A stretch of DNA of 64,000 bases from Octopus sinensis (lineage: Eukaryota), in NCBI RefSeq assembly GCF_006345805.1, contig NC_043012.1:20212001-20276000 (forward strand), in the 5' to 3' direction. This document shows, one piece after another, positions 54,130 through 64,000 of the stretch. Made by a program: the position numbers and the translations under genes. Each line of letters begins with the position of its first letter. Position 1 is the stretch's first letter. The notes under the pieces were generated by a model. It was not told the origin of the DNA. It ran no database searches and saw nothing but the letters and a program-made list of their open reading frames with translations.

Positions 54130-54745
54130 ATTTTCTACTCAGGCACAAGGCACGAAATTTGGTGGGAGGAGGCCAATCAATTAGATCGATCCCAGTACGT
54201 AACTGGTACTTAATTTATCGACACCGAATGGATGAAATGCAAAGTCGACCTCGGCGGTATTTGAACCCAGAACGTAAAGACAGACGAAATACCTATTTCT
54301 TTACTACCACAAGGGGCTAAACACAGAGGGGCCAAACAAGGACAGACAAACGGATTAAGTCGATTACATCGACCCCAGTGCGTAACTGGTACTTAATTTA
54401 TCGACCCCTAAAGGATGAAAGGCAAAGTCGACCTCGGCGGAAGTTGAACTCAGAACTTAACGGCAGACGAACTACCACTAAGCATTTCGCCCAGCGTGCT
54501 AGCGTTTCTGCCAGCTCGCCGCCTTCCTATTATTCTTTTCTACTCTAGGTACAAGGCCCGAAATTTGGTTGGAGTGCGCCAATCGATTAGATCGACCCAA
54601 ATACGCGACTGGTATATAATTTATCGATCACGAAACGATGAAAGGCAAAGTCGACGAATTTGAACTCAGAACGTAAAGACAGACGAAGTACCGCTAAGCA
54701 TTTCGGCCCGGTGTGCTAACATTTGTGACAGCTCTCCGCATTCCG
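54130..54745 (-). mobile_element. Three head-to-tail family B SINEs
   Basis: GATGAAAGGCAAAGTCGAC...TTGAACTCAGAACG unit occurs three times with divergence. Confidence 0.88.
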
Positions 54746-56326
54746 ATTCCTATTATTAAAATATTAATACAGCAATCTTAGTGTACTAGCTTAGAATCTG
54801 CAGCCAAATCTCCCTTCAATTATAACAATTCTCTTCGTACAGAAGATAATACATTCAGTGGTACAGGTTTTTTTATGTAATGGCAGAGAAAATGACGGGA
54901 TAGGAATGACCAAACCAGATTTGATCATCGATGTGGTAGGTCAGAATCGGCATGATATCAAAAGGCAGCAAATAAATCTGCAGGTTTATGATTTGCTTTA
55001 TGAATAGCAATTTATTGAGCTTTTCAAATAATTGAACATGGAAATATACTATATCAGGATTTTAAAACTTCCTTGCTCAATTTATTTCAAATATTTGCAA
55101 TGATTTTCCTGTTACATATTCGTGCAGATTAAACCGTCTTGTATGTGTAAGTTTGTGTGTATGTATGTGAAATTATACTGAAATTTGAAGTAACCTAAGA
55201 GCATTAGTATATTTTTCGCACATGGTTTGCTGACGGCGTATCGAGGAAACAAAGAAATATTTATGCACTGCACTACTACAGTGCAAAATCTAAGACGAAT
55301 TTAATAATATTAAAGTGCAGAATAAAGGACTTGTGCTACGGATGCTTTAGCAAATATGTTTACATGTTGTAAGTTTTGTCATACAAAGATGAAAGAAATT
55401 AAATTTATGCAATGTTTTCGAATACACGCGGCAGATAAGGACACGATTTACCAGTTTCTCTAGTTAATGCGCCTAGATTATTTGTTATAGTTATGCTATC
55501 AATTTCTCTTGGCAAGAGGAAGTTGTAAGGGTATCTACGGATGATTGACCAATGGTTGGCAAGCGTAAAAGAAATTTTTTTCTTTTATTCTCTTGAGTAC
55601 AAAGAGAATCACGAATTTTCATCACGTTTTTTAAGGTCAGGCAGTAAAACTTTCAAAGTCTGTTCATATTTACCTTTGGCTTTCTGACAGACGATGCATT
55701 GTACCATGAGTACAAAAGTGGTCAATTGTCCCTGTATCACATTACAACCAAACAAACATTATGCACATTGTTAGAGACATTTGAACTGAAACCTTTTGCT
55801 ATTTGAATTAAATATATATCTGCTATAAATTATCTTAATGTGGAGATTTTTCTCACATGTAAAAGTACAACAGAAAGTGTGTAATATATGAAAAGAAATT
55901 ACTATGCTTTTCTGTATATAACGGCACTAACAAATAAATTTATACTTGTTTAAAGACTCAATGCAAAAGATAAAACATCAAAAGGAATTTTAAGTTTCTC
56001 TACAATTTTTTCATACGTTCATTGTAGAGCGGATATATCTCTTTCATCGCTTCTTTAACTTGTTTTGGTCATTGGTCTGATGCCATGCTGAGGCAGGTCC
56101 TTGAAAAATATTACTCGAAATTAATTGACCCCAGTACTTACAATTTTATAGCTGATACTTATTTTGTCGGTTCATATTGCTGAACTGCTTGGTAACGAGA
56201 GTATCCATACCAAGACCGTTTACCAAGAGGTGCCGAACCGCTATGTGACGGGTACGTAAACAAACCAATATCGGTTGTCATTCGTTAGTGGAGGAACAAA
56301 CACAGACATAAACAGCAAACACATAG

Positions 56327-56362
<36 letters not shown>

Positions 56363-56393
56363 ATTGTCTCCCGAGACAGAAAGGATGCCAATA

Positions 56394-56444
<51 letters not shown>

Positions 56445-56578
56445 TCGATAAATGGTGGGGTTGTGTTGACCGCACGTGGAGAAATGATAAGTAAGGAAAA
56501 TTTTTTTTTAAATGCAGAATGCTCAAATGAAAGAAAATTTAATAAAATGAGAAATTGATAAATATATAAATATATATT

Positions 56579-56619
56579 TATTCAACCGGTTTTCGTCATT
56601 GTATGACTTGTCAAGAATA
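56579..56619 (-). ncRNA. Minimal hammerhead, U3-A8 variant
   Basis: TATTC-TTGACAA-GTCATacaATGAC-GAAA-ACCGGT-T-GAATA; 5-bp stems I and II; one extra A. Confidence 0.68.
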
Positions 56620-57131
56620 TTTATGTTTTAAAAAGTTTTTTAAAAATAGAAAGGGGAAAAAAAGAAAATTGCATTGTTTTTTTGCAAAAGAATAATGATA
56701 AAAATGTAGAAAAATTAAAAAATAAGTACTCCGATACATGTGAGTTCGTTGTGTATCTTGAGTTTTATGATTGTTCACGAAAAAATTACCTTGAGGTATT
56801 AAGATCCAAAGGGATTAAGAGCATGTGTTGTGTGGTTTAATTCAGCATGTTGGCAGGACAGGCTGTCCTGCCAACATGCTGATTTAAACCACACAACACA
56901 TGCTCTTAATCCCTTGGATCTTAATACCTCAAGGTAATTTTTTCGTGAACAATCATAAAACTCAAGATACACAACGAACTCACAATGTATCGGAGTACTT
57001 ATTTTTTAATTTTTCTACATTTTTATTATTTTTTAATTTTTGTACATTTTTATCATTATTCTTTTGCAAAAAACAATGCAATTTTCTTTTTTTCCCCTTT
57101 CTAATTTTTAAAAACCTTTTTAAAACATAAA

Positions 57132-57172
57132 TATTCCTGACAAGTCATACAATGACGAAAACCGGTTGAATA
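57132..57172 (+). ncRNA. Minimal hammerhead, right-arm copy (C3/A8 mismatch)
   Basis: TATTC-CTGACAA-GTCATacaATGAC-GAAA-ACCGGT-T-GAATA. Confidence 0.6.
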
Positions 57173-57745
57173 AATATATATTTATATATTTTATCAATTT
57201 CTCATTTTATTAAAATTTTCTTTCATTTGAGCATTCTGCATTTTTAAAAAAATTTGTCCTTACTTATATATATATATACATATTTATATACGACGGGCTT
57301 CTTTCCGATTCCGTCTACTAAATCCACTCACAAGGCTTTGGCCGGACGGAGGCTATTGTGAAATACACTTGCCTAAGGGTGCTTGGCTGTGAGACTGAAC
57401 CCGGAACCATGTGATTGGGAAGCACGCTTCTTACCACACAGCTACGCATCCTCTTCTTGTCAAAACATTTTATTGACAACAAACTATTTTCCCGAGCGTT
57501 ATGACAAAACAAAGCTGACTCTAATGAAATTTCTGAAATTGCTCTCCCGGCTCCCACAAATGCATTTTGCTATCAGAAGTCGAAATATAATAGGATTCTA
57601 CTACATCTGAAGAATTCAAGAAGTGTTCATTAAAGATTTCCCCTGACCCACTTTCGGGTATTGTAGGAAACAACTTATACAGGCATCTACATGTTACATT
57701 TTAAATTGTAGCTTTCCACTATTATTTGTTTATCTTTTACGGCTG

Positions 57746-57814
<69 letters not shown>

Positions 57815-57920
57815 CGGAGATGTACTCGCATAGCAAGTAATTTGATCTGAAATCGTGTGCTGAAACGAAAACAATTGCAGCGTGGAAGGTGCAATTGTTT
57901 GTTGTTATATATATATACAT

Positions 57921-58095
<175 letters not shown>

Positions 58096-58702
58096 AGTGT
58101 GTATATATATCAACCCTTTCCAACCCTTTCACTCTCATTTGTTCATTCCACTCTTCGTTATTTCTTTCCCCCTCTCTCACAATTATTTGCATTCTTCTCT
58201 TATTACTATTCACTTCACTATGTCCCTGTCATTTTTTCTTGTCCCTCTTTAATTCTTCTGTCCATCTGCTTCTACAACTCTCTCTCTCTTCTCTTCCCCT
58301 CCTTAATTCTTTTGTTCCTCTTTTTCTCTCTCGTCTCTTCCCGTGAAACCGACAGGCCCAACTGCTAGCTTTCTTTTTGTGTCTGACCGTGGTCAGTGCA
58401 TCATCGATATTCTTCCCTGTGTTTGTGAAACTTTTGTGTCTCTGCCGTAAGGCTCCATTTCCACACACGCCAGCTGAATTCAATTCGTCCCCAATCGAAA
58501 GACACCTTTTGTTATGTCCTGTTATTATTATAATTATTGTATTTATATTTGTGTAACATTGTCTGTTTTTCCGTCCTTATTTTCGTATACATTCGATGCT
58601 TTCTTCCAAGGAATCTAATGCTCTTAGCTTAGTTTTTCCTTGGGGCTGGCCAGGTTGGAGCAATCTCAAGATTAATCAGCGGAAATTTTGTATTACATAT
58701 AT

Positions 58703-58775
<73 letters not shown>

Positions 58776-59080
58776 CAAATCAAAGATAAAACCTAAGAAA
58801 AGAAGACAAAAAATCTTCTAGATGTAGAGAATGAATATATTAATGACAGTTTTAGATAGGGAAATAGGAGTGGAAATGTCCTTCAGAATGTGTCTCTTCG
58901 TCAGATAGAGGAAAAGGTTAGGGAAATACGTAGAAAGGAGAGTGCAATATTTTAATGCAGAATGTGTTATAGTACCTCTTCGAAATATTTGTAGACAGCT
59001 TTTTAACTTACGAGTGAAAGGCGGTAAGAGCACATAGTGCGGTGAAAAGCACAAACCGTCATATACGTGCGTGCTTGTGC

Positions 59081-59116
<36 letters not shown>

Positions 59117-60885
59117 GTGTGAAGGGCTTGTTCTGAGAGTAGATTTGTTTGCTTTGTTGTAGGAATTGTTGAAGTCTATTTGGGAGTGAATAAGACTAAA
59201 CTCTTAAATATTATTCTGTTTTTTTTTTAAATAAATATTTTGCAAACCGTCGGGCACGCGCACACACACATGCATACAGTTTTAGATATGTATGTGTTTG
59301 CGTATCAATATAGAGAGGGAGCGTTTCATATGACGTGTAGTATAAGAGTATCGAGGGACAAAATACAGGAAGTAACTAACAGATAAAGTGCACAGAATGT
59401 TCTTAGTATTTAATATGTGTGTATGTGTTATATACACGAGAATGCTTGTGGATATTTTGGGGAAGGTGGGTTTGGATTAAGCTGAGCTTCAGGTATTCCC
59501 TTCTCTGGAGGAAATACGGAGGAGAGTGCAATATTTTAATGCAGAGTGTGCTATTCGACGTCTTCCAAATATTTATAGACAGCCTTTTAACTTATTATGT
59601 GACAAGTATAAACTATTCTGCTGAACGTGTGTGCATATGCGTTTATATGAGTGTGTGTATGTGTATTTAGACTCATACTACAAAATTATCAGATCCTATA
59701 GGATTGTGACTAATGTATTGACAGTGTTATTGGCGAAGCTTGAGTCCTTAGATTCGTGTCTGAAAGGATAATGACAATGAATTGTTTAACTTTGTTTGGG
59801 TTGATGCATGGCATCGAATAATAAAACATGCTAACACCAAGCTATCAGAGGCTTCAGGTAGTTTAATCTACTGAGGTTTGCACTGTGCTATATGAATAGA
59901 TTCGAAGCAATTTCCACTCCATAGACTTAAAGTAAAGCAACAAATTAAATAATTAATGTTAGATATTGCTCTGCAACAGAGAGCCAATCATGTAATTACA
60001 GACTTGGAATAAATTATAAAAAATAAATCCAAAAATTTAAAGAAACCGTTTAACTATTCAACGAAAATGCCATTGATTATTAACTCTTCATTTGCTAAAT
60101 TAGTTAATAGTGGGCGAATAAAATAAAATAATATCTAATACAAAACGTGATTTCAAGTAATTTTGCCATTAAATTTTATTACGGCTCTGAACTTAATTTC
60201 CAACGCTTACTCGATTCAATAAATAAAAAAAACAAATAGTAACAAAATTGAGTAAGTCATTTAAAGGAACACAACGGTAAATACAAATAATTCCTTTCAA
60301 TTAAATTAGTGCATTTCATCAGTGATTAATCTATAAATGTCCATTGTAGAATTTTGAGAAACATTTATCACAATATGGTGCTTATCTAATTAGAATTAAC
60401 ACATTATGTTCCAACCAACAGCAATGTTAACAAGGGCAACAGCAGAAAACATTGCGAACATAAAACCCTTAAAAAATTAGCTGCGGGATCACCTGACACA
60501 ATATAATGTTTTCTCCTTTCTTTATTGATTTCTTTTTTTCCTTTTTTTCTCTTCTTTTTTTTGACTATACATACATTTATATCCATTTGGAAATAACACT
60601 AAGAGGGAAATACCTGATATAAAAACCAAAAAGGAGGAACAATGCATGCATTATTCAAAAATAATGTCATTACTATAATTCTAGAAATACAGAGGAATGA
60701 GCGATAGAATATAGAATACTTCATACGCACATCTTACGCTTATGAATATCTATATGCGTATATATATACACGCATATATATGTATATATATGCGTGTATA
60801 TGTATATGTATATATATACATACACATATATATACGTATACATGTGTGTGTGCGTATATATATATTATTATATTTCGGAATGGTC

Positions 60886-60929
<44 letters not shown>

Positions 60930-60932
<3 letters not shown>

Positions 60933-61225
60933 TGAAAGAGTACAGCAGAAATAACCACCCCCTGCCGGAGCCTCGTGGAGCTTTTTAGGTGTTTTAGCCT
61001 TCGAATGACGCCACCCCGCTGGCTAAGCGAGCAGGCCAACAGAAGAAAGAGTGGGAGAAAGAGTGGTGAAAGAGTACAGCAGGGATCACCACCCCCTGCC
61101 GGAGCCTCGTGGAGCTTTTTAGGTGTTTTCGCTCAATAAACACACACAACGCTTGGTCTGGGAATCGAAACCGCGATCCAGCGACCGCAAGTCCGCTGCC
61201 CTAACCACTAGGCCATTGCGCCTCC
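60930..61225 (-). mobile_element. Family C SINE with internal ~65-bp duplication
   Basis: tRNA head GGAGGCGCAATGGCCTAGTGGTTAGGGCAGCGGACTTGCGG; GGTGAAAGAGTACAGCAG...TAGGTGTTTT occurs twice. Confidence 0.85.
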
Positions 61226-61239
61226 ACACACACACACAC

Positions 61240-61293
<54 letters not shown>

Positions 61294-61377
61294 ATATATA
61301 CATACATATATATATACATATATATATACACACATATATATATGTATACATGTGTGTATACATATATATTATGGTCA

Positions 61378-61424
<47 letters not shown>

Positions 61425-61944
61425 TGTATATATGTATATATATTTCTTTTTTTCGTATATATATACATATATGTATGTATATATCTATATATATGTCTGT
61501 GTTTGCGTATATATAAATATATATTTATATACAAAAGTCTCGGTATAGTAAGAGGAATAAATATAAATGAACAATAGGCATGGCCTTTAACATAGTTTTA
61601 GATAATCCTAAATTTGCTGAAGTGATGGTAATGTAAGTTAGATAATTTAGTTTGTAGGATGTCTTCTGTGGCCAAGTGGGTAACCCAATGGACACGTTTC
61701 ATGTAAAATATTCTCATAGAAAGATATTCATAAGTATTCATCTGTCGTAGAATCATTTAGATAACAAAATATAAATAGTTAAATTGCATCTAAAATCATA
61801 ATTAGTTATTACTAAAATACTTCATATGTAATTTTGAGAGGTCTGACATATGTAGGAGTTTTGTATTGAAAGGGTGTAGAAGCAGATATAATCTTTCTAT
61901 GTTAGTTTTAAATTTATGCAAATAGTCAGCAAGATGAGGGGTGG

Positions 61945-62103
61945 GTTTTAATCGACTCCATGGACACCATTGCCCAATCGGTATTTGTTTGATCGAATAA
62001 TGAAAGACATGGTCGACTTCAGCGGAATTTGAACTCAGAACAAAAGACTGAATGCGCAAAGCATTCTCCCCGATATGTAAACGATTCTATCAGCTCAACG
62101 CCT
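61945..62103 (-). mobile_element. Family B SINE, decayed
   Basis: GTCGACTTCAGCGGAATTTGAACTCAGAAC. Confidence 0.7.
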
Positions 62104-62299
62104 TTATATATTTTTATATAATCTGATATATGCCGTGCACCGATCAATTTGACCATCTATTGGCGAATTGTGTTACTAGTTGCAGTTGATGATTTCCTAA
62201 TTTGTGTTTAGCATTGATTTAAATTCGGAAAATTCTCTCATTCATCTCTGTATACTGATCTGTCAGAATTGATGCCATAAACTATAGCCATCTAGAAAA

Positions 62300-62960
62300 C
62301 TGAACAGCATACACTCCTCGTTAGTCAAGAGCTCAACTATGGTAAATGACTTCTATTAGAAACGTATTAATCCTTTGCCAATAAGGAAAAAACGTAGAAA
62401 AACTTTACAACGGAAATACATGCACTCTAAAACACAATCTCTACGAATTCTCTCTTTATTACCTTATAAAGATTTTCATTCACTTTTGCACTACTATCGC
62501 AAGATCCTCACACATTTTGATTCCTGACCTCACGTAATTTGTCTCACACACTCTCCAGCCATTCGTGCTTATGAAGAATATTTTTAACTATAACATTCTG
62601 CTCCATTCACTACAATTCTGGTAAGTGTGCATTCTTGAGAATGGTTTTCCTCAGTAACCGTGTGCATTACTTTGGCCAGTATTTTGTGTTCCATATCTTC
62701 CGGCAGGAATCTTTTAGTGTCTTGATAAGCTTTGGCCCTCCATTATGAAATATGTGTTATTTTTATATGATAAATCGGAAGGATAATAGGCTGCCATAGT
62801 AGACCAGTGCAACAATTAAGTAGTAGCATAAACGCTACCACTTTTAGAGTAATTTCCATTCCGAATGATAAGCGTTGATCTAGATTGTCTTGTAAAACTT
62901 TCGGATGAAAATATGCCTGCCTGTTCATTTTGGAATAATTTGTGAGGACGATAGGTCAAA
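62300..62960 (-). mobile_element. Very decayed RTE-like RT fragment
   Basis: GGPKLIKTLKDSCRKIWNTKYWPK on the minus strand resembles the RTE ORF2 pre-RT segment. Confidence 0.5.
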
Positions 62961-63389
62961 AGTATGTCGTGCATGTTTAGCACAATATATTTTGACACGA
63001 TTAGTAAATCTGTAAGGGAGTTAGGTCAGAAGAATGCTACCCACGTATAACACAATATAATTTTGATTCTTTACAAGATTGCTTCTAATTTCCAGCTTGC
63101 ATTTCGTTTTCGTCCATTAGTTTTATTTTAAATCCTTCTTTCCAGTTGCTATTTATAAGTTTCGTTTCTTTATATCGGCGTACATTATATTGCACTGATT
63201 GTCAAAATTACACCAAAATGATTGCAACACATATTTGCAAATAGTTTTTATTTTATTTTTTTTTTAGTAGTTGTAGTCCATGACCAACATTCATATTCCG
63301 CACGAACATAAAAAAGAACATGAAAATCAAATGTTTTTTTTTTCTCTTAATAACTCAGATAGAGTTCATATCTAAATCAGCATATGTGA

Positions 63390-63435
<46 letters not shown>

Positions 63436-63527
63436 ATGTATATATGCACACACATATACATACACGTATTTATGTATGCATGTATGTATGTATGCATACA
63501 TGAACAGACGGCTGGACGGATGTGTGA

Positions 63528-63592
<65 letters not shown>

Positions 63593-63721
63593 CATATAGA
63601 CACACACATGCATATTCATAAATATATACATACATCCGTTCGCACATAAATGCATTTGTATACACATACGTACACAAAAGTATACGTATATACAGAAAGC
63701 TAGATAGACGGACAGACACAC

Positions 63722-63768
<47 letters not shown>

Positions 63769-64000
63769 GGCAGAGAGAGAGATTGATAGGACCGGTGTAT
63801 ATCTTCCTTTTCGTATATTCACAATATACTTATTACGTGACATTATCGCAACATCAAACTTTCAAGTAATTCTCATTATATTCTGAAAACGTTGTACCAA
63901 TGACAAGTGCCCATCCAATATAAAGATTATAGCATGAACATTCAATAATATTACCAATAGACTATTTGGCTCATTAGAATTTTTAGACAGAATTATATTT

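Larger units (their letters stand above)
56442..57267. mobile_element. Non-coding palindromic element with a 1-nt apex and a hammerhead in each arm
   Basis: Arms ~56485-56861 and 56863-57267; apex GGCAGGACAG-G-CTGTCCTGCC; unpaired extension 56442-56484; (TA)n on both sides. Confidence 0.88.
56040..57452 (-). mobile_element. Family A SINE split at its internal microsatellite (tail 56040-56330, head 57290-57452)
   Basis: Both halves are colinear with 11421-11830 and separated by the palindromic insert. Confidence 0.7.

Noticed and set aside
55674-55785. Minus-strand candidate exon (TTTCAG...AAG/GTAAAT)
   Set aside because: Stops in all three frames and a weak polypyrimidine tract; at best a UTR exon

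Overview
AT-rich, microsatellite-saturated eukaryotic DNA with a 100-N gap at 5810-5909. The SINE families and repeat landscape suggest a cephalopod, probably Octopus (inference). No intact host gene is recognisable: nearly all ORF-track entries are translated (TA)n, (CA)n, (TAA)n or (ATAG)n, and there is one weak candidate exon at 45783-45921. The window is a patchwork of transposon relics: CR1/L2-like, RTE and R4/Dong-like LINEs, three mariners, Helitron helicase pieces and at least four tRNA-SINE families. It also holds a young-looking Penelope-like element (RT + GIY-YIG) enclosed by ~1.9-kb inverted arms. The most notable signal is a recurring architecture of hammerhead-ribozyme-capped palindromes inserted in (TA)n tracts (553-2335, 14345-21504, 56442-57267, plus decayed copies). 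About a dozen minimal type I hammerhead motifs from several sequence families occur, including a compensatory U3-A8 core variant. All motifs and coordinates were read by eye; element boundaries are approximate.
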